The position numbers were made by a program, and so were the translations under genes. The notes under the pieces are model-generated. The model was given only the letters and a program-made list of their open reading frames with translations, made no database searches and was not told where the DNA came from. A stretch of DNA of 64,000 nucleotides, taken from the NCBI GenBank assembly GCA_039981375.1, contig JBDXAK010000002.1:16494-80493 (forward strand), read 5' to 3'. Shown here one piece after another: positions 28,221 to 37,514 of this stretch; position 1 is the first letter of the stretch; the number at the start of each line of letters is the position of its first letter. This DNA is from Gilvibacter sp. Its GTDB lineage: Bacteria; Bacteroidota; Bacteroidia; Flavobacteriales; Flavobacteriaceae.

Positions 28221-29354
28221 ATGAGTAATAAAATAAGATGGGGAGTTCTTGGTGGCGGAGGTGATTCTTTAATAGGAATCTTGCATCGTGTCGCGGCCAG
28301 TATGTTTGATGCTTATAGCTTAACGGGCGCAGTGTTTAATCCTGATCACGAAAAAAGCTTGGCCTTTGCCAAAGAAATTGGGATACCTACAGATAGAATT
28401 TATGCAGATTTTGACAGTATGGTCGCTGCAGAGTTGGCCCTGCCAAAAGAAGAGCGGATTCAGGTGTTTTCTGTACTCACTCCTAATTTTTTGCATTATC
28501 CTATGGCAAAAAAGCTTTTGGAGTCTGGGTTTCATGTGATTTGCGAGAAGCCAATGACCATGACCTATCAAGAAGCTTTAGCGCTAGAGGTGATTCAGAA
28601 AGCCAACAACAATATATTTGCCTTAACACATACCTATACAGGGTACCCGATGATTAGGCAGATGCGGCATATGGTGGCTTCTGGTGAGTTAGGGAAAATT
28701 CAGAAAGTAGATGCGCAGTATTATCAAGGATGGATCAACCCGATTATTCACGATAAAGAACAGCGAAGCTCCACGTGGCGCTTGGATCCAGAAAAATCTG
28801 GTATTAGCTGTTGTATGGGCGATATAGGCGTGCATGCCTATCAAATGATAGAGTATGTTACCGGTTTAGAAGTAAAAGAGATTCTGGCAGACTTAAACCA
28901 TCTCTACGAAGACAATCAAATGGATATAGACGGGACAGTTTTGTTGCGTTTTGACAAATTTACCAAAGGCGTGCTTAGAGCAAGTCAAATTGCAACTGCA
29001 GAAGAGAATTGCTTTACCCTTGCAATATATGGACAAAAAGGAAGCATTAAATGGCAACAAGAGAATCCTAATTATGTACAATTATTAATCGACGGACAAC
29101 CTGTACAAACCTTAAAACCAGGCCACGGATATAATTCTGACTTGTCGCTAGATGGCACCAAATTGCCACCTGGACATCCCGAAGGCATCTTTGACGCGAT
29201 GGGAAATATTTATAAAGGAGTGGCCAAAGCAGTTCGTGGGCAACAATACGACCCCGCCGAATTTCCTGGAATGCGGGATGGGGTACGAGGAATGAATTTT
29301 ATTGAACAAAGTGTAGCGTCTCATGCCAATGGCAATGTTTGGACTTCGCTTTAA
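28221..29354 (+). CDS. Gfo/Idh/MocA family NAD-dependent oxidoreductase
   Basis: GVLGGGGDSLIG, TPNFLH, HVICEKP and GDIGVH motifs. Confidence 0.92.
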   Translation: MSNKIRWGVLGGGGDSLIGILHRVAASMFDAYSLTGAVFNPDHEKSLAFAKEIGIPTDRIYADFDSMVAAELALPKEERIQVFSVLTPNFLHYPMAKKLLESGFHVICEKPMTMTYQEALALEVIQKANNNIFALTHTYTGYPMIRQMRHMVASGELGKIQKVDAQYYQGWINPIIHDKEQRSSTWRLDPEKSGISCCMGDIGVHAYQMIEYVTGLEVKEILADLNHLYEDNQMDIDGTVLLRFDKFTKGVLRASQIATAEENCFTLAIYGQKGSIKWQQENPNYVQLLIDGQPVQTLKPGHGYNSDLSLDGTKLPPGHPEGIFDAMGNIYKGVAKAVRGQQYDPAEFPGMRDGVRGMNFIEQSVASHANGNVWTSL

Positions 29355-29367
29355 GAGCTTTTAATTT

Positions 29368-30420
29368 ATGAAAACAATCAAAGGACCTGCTGTTTTTTTA
29401 GCACAATTTATGGACGACAAAGCTCCGTTTAATAGTTTGGATGGACTCTGCGGATGGGCGCGTGACTTGGGTTATAAAGGAATCCAAATTCCAACATGGG
29501 AAACCCGTCTTATCGATTTAAAGTTAGCTGCAGAGAGTCAAGTCTATTGCGACGAGCTCAAAGGCAGAATCAATGAGTTTGGCTTAGAGATTACCGAGCT
29601 ATCTACTCATTTACAAGGGCAGCTGGTTGCAGTGCATCCGGCCTACGATATTATGTTTGACAATTTTGCGCCTGCAGATTGCAAAAACAATCCCAAAAAG
29701 AGAACTGAGTGGGCTGTAAATCAGGTAATGTATGCGGCAAGTGCCAGTAAGAGACTTGGCCTAAATGTGCATGCTACTTTTTCTGGAGCCTTGTTGTGGC
29801 ATACTTGGCATCCATGGCCTCAGCGCCCTGCTGGGCTTGTAGAAATGGGTTTTGAAGAACTTGCCAAACGTTGGTTGCCAATTCTGAATCATTACGACGA
29901 GAATGGGGTAGATGTGTGCTACGAGATTCATCCAGGAGAAGACTTACACGATGGGGTAACCTTTGAGCGTTTTCTAGAAGCCACGGGAAATCACAAGCGA
30001 GTCAATATCTTATACGATCCTTCCCATTTTGTATTACAACAGTTGGATTATATAGAATATATAGACCATTATCATGAATTTATCAAGGCGTTTCATGTAA
30101 AGGATTCGGAGTTTAATCCGAACGGAAAAAAAGGCGCTTTTGGCGGTTATGGCGATTGGATTGATCGTGCTGGTCGTTATCGTTCGCCGGGAGATGGACA
30201 GATTGATTTTAAAACTATTTTTACCAAACTTACCGAGTACGGTTGCGATGTTTGGGCCGTGATGGAATGGGAGTGTTGTATAAAAAGCCCGGAGCAGGGA
30301 GCTAGAGAAGGCGCTGCATTTATTCAGAATCATATAATAGAAGCTACTCAAAAAACCTTCGACGATTTTGCCGGAGCCGATATAGATAAAGAACAATTAA
30401 AAAGAATCTTAGGATTATAA
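29368..30420 (+). CDS. sugar-phosphate isomerase/epimerase (AP-endonuclease-2 TIM barrel), cytoplasmic
   Basis: MKTIKGPAVFLAQF N-terminus; YEIHPGEDLHDG, YDPSHF, FHVKD and VMEWEC motifs. Confidence 0.88.
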   Translation: MKTIKGPAVFLAQFMDDKAPFNSLDGLCGWARDLGYKGIQIPTWETRLIDLKLAAESQVYCDELKGRINEFGLEITELSTHLQGQLVAVHPAYDIMFDNFAPADCKNNPKKRTEWAVNQVMYAASASKRLGLNVHATFSGALLWHTWHPWPQRPAGLVEMGFEELAKRWLPILNHYDENGVDVCYEIHPGEDLHDGVTFERFLEATGNHKRVNILYDPSHFVLQQLDYIEYIDHYHEFIKAFHVKDSEFNPNGKKGAFGGYGDWIDRAGRYRSPGDGQIDFKTIFTKLTEYGCDVWAVMEWECCIKSPEQGAREGAAFIQNHIIEATQKTFDDFAGADIDKEQLKRILGL

Positions 30421-30432
30421 AACCAACCGATT

Positions 30433-31185
30433 ATGAAAAAAACATTCATCCTGTTAGCAATGGCATTGGCCGTTGTTGCTTGTAAAGAAAAAGAAGCCGA
30501 CAAAACGGCCGAAGTAGACACAGAAGAGAAGAAAGAAGTTAAAAAGACAGAAGCCAACGATTTTGGTTGGGAAGTTTTATTTGACGGCAGCTCTTTTGAT
30601 AATTGGCGTGGTTATTTAAGCGAAGAAATGCCAGCAGAATGGACCATAGAAGATGGTGCTATGGCCTTTACTCCAGGCCCAGAAGGGGGAAAGAACATCA
30701 TTTCGAAAAACAAGTACACCAATTTTATTTTGTCGTTAGAATGGAAGATTTCTCCAGCCGGAAACAGCGGGATCTTTTGGGGTGTATTCGAAGACGAACA
30801 GTTTAGTGAAGCCTATGAGACTGGTGCAGAGATTCAGGTGTTGGATAATGCCAGTCATCCGGATGCCAAAGTTGGCGATGGCCTGCATACTGCCGGTGCA
30901 TTGTACGATTTGGTGAAACCTTCAAGTGATGTTACCAAAGCTGTTGGCGAATGGAATCTTTGCGTTTTAGAAGTCAATCACAAAACCAATATGGGCAAAG
31001 TAACCTTAAACGGAACAGAACTATTCACCTTCCCAGTTCATGGCGAAAAATGGGATGCTATGGTAGCCAATTCTAAGTTTAAAGACTGGAAAGGGTTCGG
31101 AAAATATAAAGAAGGACATATTGGGTTGCAAGACCATAGCGATAAGGTTTGGTATCGCAACATAAAAATTAAAAATCTAGATTAA
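30433..31185 (+). CDS. DUF1080 (3-keto-disaccharide hydrolase family) lipoprotein
   Basis: Lipobox VVAC; WEVLFDGSSFDNW, NSGIF, EIQVLD, GEWN and GHIGLQDH...YRNIKIK motifs. Confidence 0.92.
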   Translation: MKKTFILLAMALAVVACKEKEADKTAEVDTEEKKEVKKTEANDFGWEVLFDGSSFDNWRGYLSEEMPAEWTIEDGAMAFTPGPEGGKNIISKNKYTNFILSLEWKISPAGNSGIFWGVFEDEQFSEAYETGAEIQVLDNASHPDAKVGDGLHTAGALYDLVKPSSDVTKAVGEWNLCVLEVNHKTNMGKVTLNGTELFTFPVHGEKWDAMVANSKFKDWKGFGKYKEGHIGLQDHSDKVWYRNIKIKNLD

Positions 31186-31239
31186 TTATAATGCAGGATT
31201 TGCCCTGTCTTAGTTATAATTGCTACAGAACAAAGCAGT

Positions 31240-31662
31240 ATGAAGGTAAGTTTAAAGCGTGTAAATGGTGATTATGGATTTGTGGGTATGGGCAAATCTG
31301 GAGATCCAATTGCAGTGGGCGATGTTTCTCTAGATGGAGTTTCTGGTGCGAGTCCAATGGAATTATTATTGATGAGTATTGGCGCTTGTAGTGCGGTAGA
31401 TATCGTATCTATTTTAAATAAGCAGCGACAGCAAATAAGCAATTATGCTATGGAAGTGAGTGGCGAGCGTCACGAAATAGCGCAAGCGAAACCTTTTAAA
31501 AGTGCCCACGTAAAAGTGATTCTAGAGGGAGAAATAAAGCCAGAGAAAGCTAAAAAAGCTGCCGCACTGAGCTTCGATAAATATTGCTCGGTCTCACTAA
31601 CATTAGAGCCTCAGGTACCTGTGACCTATAGCATAGAGGTTAACGGAGTGATGGTGGATTAA
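31240..31662 (+). CDS. OsmC/YhfA-family protein
   Basis: GASPMELLLMSIGACSAVD and KYCSVS, the two-Cys pattern. Confidence 0.9.
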   Translation: MKVSLKRVNGDYGFVGMGKSGDPIAVGDVSLDGVSGASPMELLLMSIGACSAVDIVSILNKQRQQISNYAMEVSGERHEIAQAKPFKSAHVKVILEGEIKPEKAKKAAALSFDKYCSVSLTLEPQVPVTYSIEVNGVMVD

Positions 31663-31681
31663 TAATTTTAATTCCCTTTAA

Positions 31682-32632
31682 ATGCCTGATCAATTACCTA
31701 GTAAGCAAGACCTAATCGATGTGCAAAATCGTATCGCTCCTTTTGTGCATCGGACCCCGGTACTCACTTCTCAAACCTTGAATGGCTTTACAGGTGCTCA
31801 ATTATTCTTTAAATGTGAGAATTTGCAAAAGATGGGTGCTTTTAAAATGCGCGGAGCTGCCAATGCTGTCGCTTCGCTCACAGAAGAACAGAAACAAAAG
31901 GGTGTGGTAACACATTCATCTGGTAATTTTGCTCAAGCGGTTGCTCTTGCTGCCAAAGCCGCAAATATCTCAGCCTTTATCGTAATGCCCAATACAGCTC
32001 CAAAGGTAAAAGTTGCAGCGGTTAAAGAGTATGGAGGGCAAGTAACCATAAGCGGCCCAACTTTAAAAGACAGAGAAGAGGCTACAAAAAAGATCATTAC
32101 TGCCACTGGGGCAAGGTTTTTACATCCCTCAAATCAGTTAGAGGTAATTTTAGGGCAAGGAACTGCTGCCATAGAATTATTAGAAGATGTTCCAGATCTA
32201 GATGCTATAATTACGCCAGTGGGAGGTGGAGGCCTTTTAGCAGGATCGGCTTTGGCGGCGCATCACTTTGGGATGGATTGTAATGTTTATGCCGGAGAAC
32301 CAGCAAACGCAGACGACGCTTATCGAGCCTTACGATCAGGAAAAATCGAGACTAACCACAAAGTAAATACAGTCGCAGATGGGCTAAAGACACAATTGGG
32401 CGATGTTAACTTTCCCATTATTCTGCAGCTAGTAGACGATATTTTCTTGGTGAGTGAGGCAGAGATTATCGCAGCTATGCGACATATTTGGGAACGTATG
32501 AAGATAATCGTAGAACCTTCTAGTGCCGTAGCCTTTGCTGCGGTGCTTAAAAACACGACTGTTTTTAAAGACAAAAAAGTTGGAATCGTCATCTCGGGTG
32601 GTAATGTAGATTTATCGAATCTTCCCTTTTAA
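31682..32632 (+). CDS. PLP-dependent threonine/serine dehydratase (serine racemase-like)
   Basis: FKCENLQKMGAFKMRGA (PLP Lys), HSSGNFAQ, PVGGGGL and ISGGNVD motifs. Confidence 0.92.
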   Translation: MPDQLPSKQDLIDVQNRIAPFVHRTPVLTSQTLNGFTGAQLFFKCENLQKMGAFKMRGAANAVASLTEEQKQKGVVTHSSGNFAQAVALAAKAANISAFIVMPNTAPKVKVAAVKEYGGQVTISGPTLKDREEATKKIITATGARFLHPSNQLEVILGQGTAAIELLEDVPDLDAIITPVGGGGLLAGSALAAHHFGMDCNVYAGEPANADDAYRALRSGKIETNHKVNTVADGLKTQLGDVNFPIILQLVDDIFLVSEAEIIAAMRHIWERMKIIVEPSSAVAFAAVLKNTTVFKDKKVGIVISGGNVDLSNLPF

Positions 32633-32664
32633 TTAAAACTCAAAAATTCTTTTACATTTACAGC

Positions 32665-33759
32665 ATGAAAAAGAAGCTACTTGGGGGGCTTTTCTTGCTA
32701 AGTCTTGTCGGTTTTGGGCAAGAGGCTGCGAACTTTAAAAACATAGAGGCCACCTACTTTTATGGTTCTATTTTTGAGCACAATAAAGATGTGGCTCATT
32801 TAATCACTGGCCATCCCGAGGGCATTGTGTTAAGCTATAACAATCTTACCTATGGCGAAAACGCTTGGGAACGGCGTTATAACTATCCAGACTGGGGCTA
32901 TAGTTTTATCTATCAAAACCCTAAAAATGACGCCTTAGGCGACACCTACGGTTTGTATGCTCATTATTCTTTTTATTTTTTAAACAGAACTATAAAGGCA
33001 AAAATTGGACAAGGAATCGCTATTTCGACTAACCCTTATGATGCGCAGACCAACTTTAAAAACATAGCCTACGGTTCTACCTTGTTGAGCTCAACATTTG
33101 TGCAATTGGGTTATGACAAAAAGAACCTATTTAAGCGCTGGGGAGTGCATGCGGGAATTTCGTTGGTACATTATTCGAATGCGAATGTGAGGGCTCCCAA
33201 TACCAGCACCAACACCATAGCCTTTTATGCAGGAGTGAGTTACGATTTAAACAACAATGGCTTTCCTGAATACATTCAAGAAGAAAAAACTCCTTACCGC
33301 CAACCAATCACAATTAACGCAGTGATTAGAGGCGGAATTAACGAAAGCGATTTTGTAGGCTTAGGGCAGCAACCTTTTGTAGTTTTATCTGGCTTTGCCG
33401 ATAAGCGAATCAATCATAAGAGTACTATACAGGCAGGAGTAGATGTGTTTTTTTCTACCTTTTTAAAGAAAGAAATAGAGTATATAGCAGTGTCTTTTCC
33501 CAGGCGAAATCTTTCAGAAGACACCGATTATAAAAGGGTAGGCGTATTTTTGGGTCATGAGCTTAGGTTTGGACGCATCGCTTTTGTCACTCAGTTTGGC
33601 TATTATCTTTATTACCCTTACGATTTTGAAGGGCGGTTTTACCAGAGAATCGGGCTTAAGAGATACTTTGGCGAGCAGTTTTTTGCTGCAGTAACTCTCA
33701 AAGCGCATGCTGCAAAGGCAGAGGCGATCGAATTTGGAATTGGCATGCGGTTTAATTAA
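32665..33759 (+). CDS. acyloxyacyl hydrolase / PagL-like outer-membrane beta-barrel, copy 1
   Basis: Signal peptide, amphipathic strands, PagL-like HYSNA...PN motif, C-terminal IGMRFN. Confidence 0.78.
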   Translation: MKKKLLGGLFLLSLVGFGQEAANFKNIEATYFYGSIFEHNKDVAHLITGHPEGIVLSYNNLTYGENAWERRYNYPDWGYSFIYQNPKNDALGDTYGLYAHYSFYFLNRTIKAKIGQGIAISTNPYDAQTNFKNIAYGSTLLSSTFVQLGYDKKNLFKRWGVHAGISLVHYSNANVRAPNTSTNTIAFYAGVSYDLNNNGFPEYIQEEKTPYRQPITINAVIRGGINESDFVGLGQQPFVVLSGFADKRINHKSTIQAGVDVFFSTFLKKEIEYIAVSFPRRNLSEDTDYKRVGVFLGHELRFGRIAFVTQFGYYLYYPYDFEGRFYQRIGLKRYFGEQFFAAVTLKAHAAKAEAIEFGIGMRFN

Positions 33760-33765
33760 TTCATT

Positions 33766-34509
33766 ATGAAAAAGTTTGTCTTTTACATATTAGCATTTTT
33801 ACTTCTGTTGGGTTGTGACGGACCCAATGCCAATGACTGCTTTCAAGCCCAGGGCAATTCCATAAGTGAGACTGTGCAAGTAGCGCCTTTTAGCAAAATT
33901 ACTTTTGGCGATGGCATTCGCTTGGTTTTAAAGCAAGGCGAAGAGCAAAGCGTAGTGATAGAAACGGGCGAGAATTTATTGCCAGAAATTTTGGTGAGCG
34001 TGAGTGACCAAACACTTTCTGTAACAGACGAAAACGCATGTAATTTGGTAAGAGACTATGGAGTCACTACCATTTTTGTGACAGCACCCGATATCACACA
34101 AATACGCAATGCGTCACGTTGGGAAATTCGTAGTAACGGAGTGTTGTCGTATCCTAATTTGACCTTATTGAGCAACACCAATCCCGAACAGAAAAGCGGC
34201 GACTTTTACCTAACCCTAGACACAGAGAATTTAAAAGTAGTTGCCAACGGGGTTAGTGTTTTTTATTTAGAGGGAACCGCTGTCGATGCCAACATTATTT
34301 TTAGCGACGAACAACCTAGATTTGAAGGGGCTCTATTAAATATAAATCATTTAATGGTATTGCAAAGAAGCGCTAACGACATGATTGTAAATCCGTTAGA
34401 GAGCATCTCTGGAGAGATTCGCGGCGTAGGAAACATCGTGGTAAAAAATAGACCCCCAATAGTCGACGTCGAACAATTTTTTACGGGCAGATTAATCTTT
34501 GACGATTAA
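33766..34509 (+). CDS. head GIN domain (DUF2807-like) lipoprotein, copy 1
   Basis: Lipobox LLGC; IETGENLLPEI...LSV and beta-helix-like repeats. Confidence 0.78.
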   Translation: MKKFVFYILAFLLLLGCDGPNANDCFQAQGNSISETVQVAPFSKITFGDGIRLVLKQGEEQSVVIETGENLLPEILVSVSDQTLSVTDENACNLVRDYGVTTIFVTAPDITQIRNASRWEIRSNGVLSYPNLTLLSNTNPEQKSGDFYLTLDTENLKVVANGVSVFYLEGTAVDANIIFSDEQPRFEGALLNINHLMVLQRSANDMIVNPLESISGEIRGVGNIVVKNRPPIVDVEQFFTGRLIFDD

Positions 34510-34541
34510 TAAATAATTGCGCTATATTTAGGGCGCTAACC

Positions 34542-35651
34542 ATGAGGCTACTTTGTATCATTTTTGTTTTAATACCCGCGATTCTTCTGGGTCAAAATGA
34601 AGAACAGAAGCCTTTTTCTGTGGAGGTCGATTATTTTAAAGGCAGTATCCTAGAGCACAATCCTGACATCAATCATTTAATTATCGATCATCCTACTGGA
34701 CTCATTGTTAGTTATAACAGAAAGACATATGGCTTTAATGCTTGGGAGCGACGTTACAACTACCCAGATTGGGGATTTACCTTTGCCTATCAAGACCTAC
34801 AGAACCCGATTTTGGGCGAAGTCTACGGGCTTTATGGGCATTTTAATTGGTACTTTTTAAATCGAAATCTCATGGTGCGAATTGGTCAAGGAGTTGCCTA
34901 TAACACCAATCCGTATCATCCAGAAGACAATTTTATAAATAATGCCTACGGAACCAGTTTGATGAGTACCACCATGCTCAAGGTAAATTATGTAAAAGAG
35001 AATTTGTTTCGAGGTTTCGGGATACACGCTGGGTTTTCTATTATTCACTATTCTAACGCCAATCTAAAGGCGCCTAACAATAGCACAAATAGCTTCGTTA
35101 TCAACGTTGGTGCTAGTTATTTATTCGATCACGAAAACTTTCCTGAGTACGTGCCTTTTGAAGGCAAGCAAAAGTATTCGGAGCCTGTGCATTTTAATAT
35201 TGTGTTACGAGGAGGTGCCAACGAAAGCGACGTAGTAGGGCAGGGACAGTTTCCGTTTTATGGGCTGTCGATCTTTGCAGATAAAAAGATAAACCATAAA
35301 AGTACTTTTCAGTTTGGTGCCGAATTATTCCTCGCAGAGTTTTTAAAAGAGCTTATTTATTATAGATCGGTTGCGTTCCCAGAGCAAGACGTACTAGGTA
35401 CAGAAGACTGGAAGCGCGTCGGGATTTTTATAGGCCACGAACTGCGCTTTAACAAAGTGGCATTTGTAAGTCAGTTAGGATATTATGTGCATTATCCCTA
35501 CGATTTTGAGGGGCGTGTTTATAACCGCTTAGGCCTAAAGCGCTACTTTGGAAAAAACGAAAAGATTTTTGGCAGTGTGACTGTGAAAGCGCACGGAGCG
35601 AAGGCAGAAGCCGTAGAGTTTGGCCTAGGGATTAGATTTAAAAAGTTTTAG
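34542..35651 (+). CDS. acyloxyacyl hydrolase / PagL-like outer-membrane beta-barrel, copy 2
   Basis: Clear paralog of 32665-33759, sharing NAWERRYNYPDWG, HYSNAN and KAHGAKAEAVEFG. Confidence 0.78.
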   Translation: MRLLCIIFVLIPAILLGQNEEQKPFSVEVDYFKGSILEHNPDINHLIIDHPTGLIVSYNRKTYGFNAWERRYNYPDWGFTFAYQDLQNPILGEVYGLYGHFNWYFLNRNLMVRIGQGVAYNTNPYHPEDNFINNAYGTSLMSTTMLKVNYVKENLFRGFGIHAGFSIIHYSNANLKAPNNSTNSFVINVGASYLFDHENFPEYVPFEGKQKYSEPVHFNIVLRGGANESDVVGQGQFPFYGLSIFADKKINHKSTFQFGAELFLAEFLKELIYYRSVAFPEQDVLGTEDWKRVGIFIGHELRFNKVAFVSQLGYYVHYPYDFEGRVYNRLGLKRYFGKNEKIFGSVTVKAHGAKAEAVEFGLGIRFKKF

Positions 35652-35654
35652 ATC

Positions 35655-36407
35655 ATGAAGAAGCTATTTGTATTATGTATTCCAATATTGTTGCTCGGTT
35701 GCAATACTGAGCGCTCTTGGAACTGCACACAAACAAGTGGAGAGATCATTCAGAAGCAATTTAGAGTAGGTAATTTTACAGACATTCATGTTTTAGATCG
35801 CGTACAGTTGTTTTTAAAGCAGGGCGAAACCACAGAGGTAATTGTAGAAACTGGCGAGAACCTAATGATAGAAGTCAAGGTGTATGTAGAAGACAATGTG
35901 CTCGTGATTAACAATGCCAATAGCTGTAATTTGTTTAGAGAATATGGAATAACCAAGGCCTATGTGACAGCTCCAGACATCACAGTTTTACGAAACGGAT
36001 CTGGACTGCAGGTTGAGAGTGTGGGAACACTGCGATACAATTCGTTGTCGCTTATATCAGAAGATTTCGAAGAAGAAGATGCCCTTTATACCGATGGCGA
36101 TTTTAGGCTCGATCTAGAAGTAGAAGCCTTGAATATTATCGCCAATAATCTGTCTAATTTTTATTTGTCCGGCACCGCTCAGCGCGGAAACTTTAGAGTC
36201 TTTAGCGGAGACGTTCGTATAGAATCTCAAAATTTAGCTGTACAAGATTTGGTGGTTTTTCATCGTGGTACCAACAAAATGATTGTGAACCCAATAATGA
36301 GTCTAACGGGAGAAATAAGAGGTGGCGGCGATGTGATTGCTGTGAACAGACCAGAGTTAGTCGATGTTCAAGAATACTATACTGGAAGGCTTATTTTTGA
36401 GGATTAG
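35655..36407 (+). CDS. head GIN domain (DUF2807-like) lipoprotein, copy 2
   Basis: Lipobox LLGC; paralog of 33766-34509, sharing VETGENL, YGITKAYVTAPDIT and YTGRLIFED. Confidence 0.78.
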   Translation: MKKLFVLCIPILLLGCNTERSWNCTQTSGEIIQKQFRVGNFTDIHVLDRVQLFLKQGETTEVIVETGENLMIEVKVYVEDNVLVINNANSCNLFREYGITKAYVTAPDITVLRNGSGLQVESVGTLRYNSLSLISEDFEEEDALYTDGDFRLDLEVEALNIIANNLSNFYLSGTAQRGNFRVFSGDVRIESQNLAVQDLVVFHRGTNKMIVNPIMSLTGEIRGGGDVIAVNRPELVDVQEYYTGRLIFED

Positions 36408-37293
36408 TAAGTGAGATAAACAACTCTTCTAAGTTTTTATTCTTTTGATTCAGCTGTAAAATCTTGAGCCCATTATCGTGCGCAAAATCAAAAACTTTTG
36501 CTTGCATGTCTTGAGTACCCGTGAAGGTGAGTTCGTATAAAAACTCATGAATATTTTTTACATCTTTCACGCCCTTTATCGCTTTAAGGGCAACTTCTTC
36601 TACCCGATAATCAAAAGCTACTTGAATGATTTGATCCTGGTCTTTTTGCAGCTCAGAAATTTGCTGGTCGGCCACAATTTTACCCTTATTAATAATAATC
36701 ACACGATCGCAAAGGGCTTCTACTTCTTGCATGATGTGTGTAGAGAGAAATATGGTTTTGTCTTTGCTAATAGATTTTATCAACTCTCTAATTTCGATAA
36801 TCTGATTGGGGTCTAAACCTGTGGTTGGTTCGTCTAGAATTAATACGGACGGATCGTGCAAAAGCGCCTTGGCCAAGCCAACACGTTGCCTGTATCCTTT
36901 AGAGAGACTCTGAATTTTTTTATGGGCTTCGCTACTAAGACCAGTTTGGGTGATAACCTTCTCTATTTGGGCTTTGTCTACTTTATGAATCGAGGCGTTA
37001 AAGGCCAAAAATTCGCGCACATACATATCTAAATACAAAGGATTATGTTCTGGTAAATACCCAACAGAAGACTTTACTTGCTGGTGCTCGTCTGCGACGT
37101 TATACTCGTTAACAATAGCCTCTCCTTCACCAGGCGCGATATAGGTGGTTAGGATCTTCATCAAAGTCGATTTGCCCGCGCCGTTGGGCCCTAAAAAACC
37201 GACAATTTCGCCCTTGGTGACGTTAAACGAAACATCGTCTAATGCCTTTTGATCGGCATAGTTTTTACTGATATTTTTTACTTGAATAGACAT
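36391..37293 (-). CDS. gldA: gliding motility ABC transporter ATP-binding subunit
   Basis: GPNGAGKST, SVGYLPEHNPLYLDMYVREFL, LSKGYRQR and DEPTTGLDPNQ motifs, with a GldA-like C-terminal domain in a flavobacterial context. Confidence 0.85.
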   Translation of the reverse strand: MSIQVKNISKNYADQKALDDVSFNVTKGEIVGFLGPNGAGKSTLMKILTTYIAPGEGEAIVNEYNVADEHQQVKSSVGYLPEHNPLYLDMYVREFLAFNASIHKVDKAQIEKVITQTGLSSEAHKKIQSLSKGYRQRVGLAKALLHDPSVLILDEPTTGLDPNQIIEIRELIKSISKDKTIFLSTHIMQEVEALCDRVIIINKGKIVADQQISELQKDQDQIIQVAFDYRVEEVALKAIKGVKDVKNIHEFLYELTFTGTQDMQAKVFDFAHDNGLKILQLNQKNKNLEELFISLTNPQK

Positions 37294-37341
37294 ATAATAA
37301 GACCGTGTAAAGCTAGTGATTTAAAAAATTGATAAAAAGAT

Positions 37342-37371
37342 TTTGATAAATAAAAGAATTGGCTACTTTAG
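37342..37371 (+). promoter_or_regulatory. candidate Bacteroidota sigma-70 promoter for the aromatic operon leader
   Basis: TTTG (37342-45), N18, TACTTTAG (37364-71). One mismatch to TAnnTTTG, and the spacer is slightly short. Confidence 0.5.
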
Positions 37372-37389
37372 CATCCTTATTACATAACA

Positions 37390-37461
37390 ATGAATCTATT
37401 ACACACTTTTTATAACTATTGGTTCTTTTATTTCCAGAGGGAAATCGGGAATCGTATGTAG
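37390..37461 (+). CDS. aromatic-amino-acid-rich attenuator leader peptide MNLLHTFYNYWFFYFQREIGNRM (not in the ORF track)
   Basis: Translated by hand from ATG 37390 to TAG 37459-61. Codons 7-15 read FYNYWFFYF. An A-rich context (ACATAACA) precedes the ATG. Confidence 0.85.
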   Translation: MNLLHTFYNYWFFYFQREIGNRM

Positions 37462-37480
37462 TGTGTTTATCATATAACAT

Positions 37481-37514
37481 AAAAAGTCCCGAGATATTCT
37501 TGGGACTTTTTTTT
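37481..37514 (+). terminator. attenuator terminator hairpin upstream of pheA
   Basis: AGTCCCGAG atatt CTTGGGACT followed by T8 (37507-37514), ending 8 nt before the pheA ATG. Confidence 0.88.

Noticed and set aside
36391-36407. 17-nt convergent overlap of the GIN copy 2 gene and gldA, and the 8-nt dnaG/regulator overlap
   Set aside because: Short tail-to-tail overlaps are common in compact genomes, and both frames look intact.
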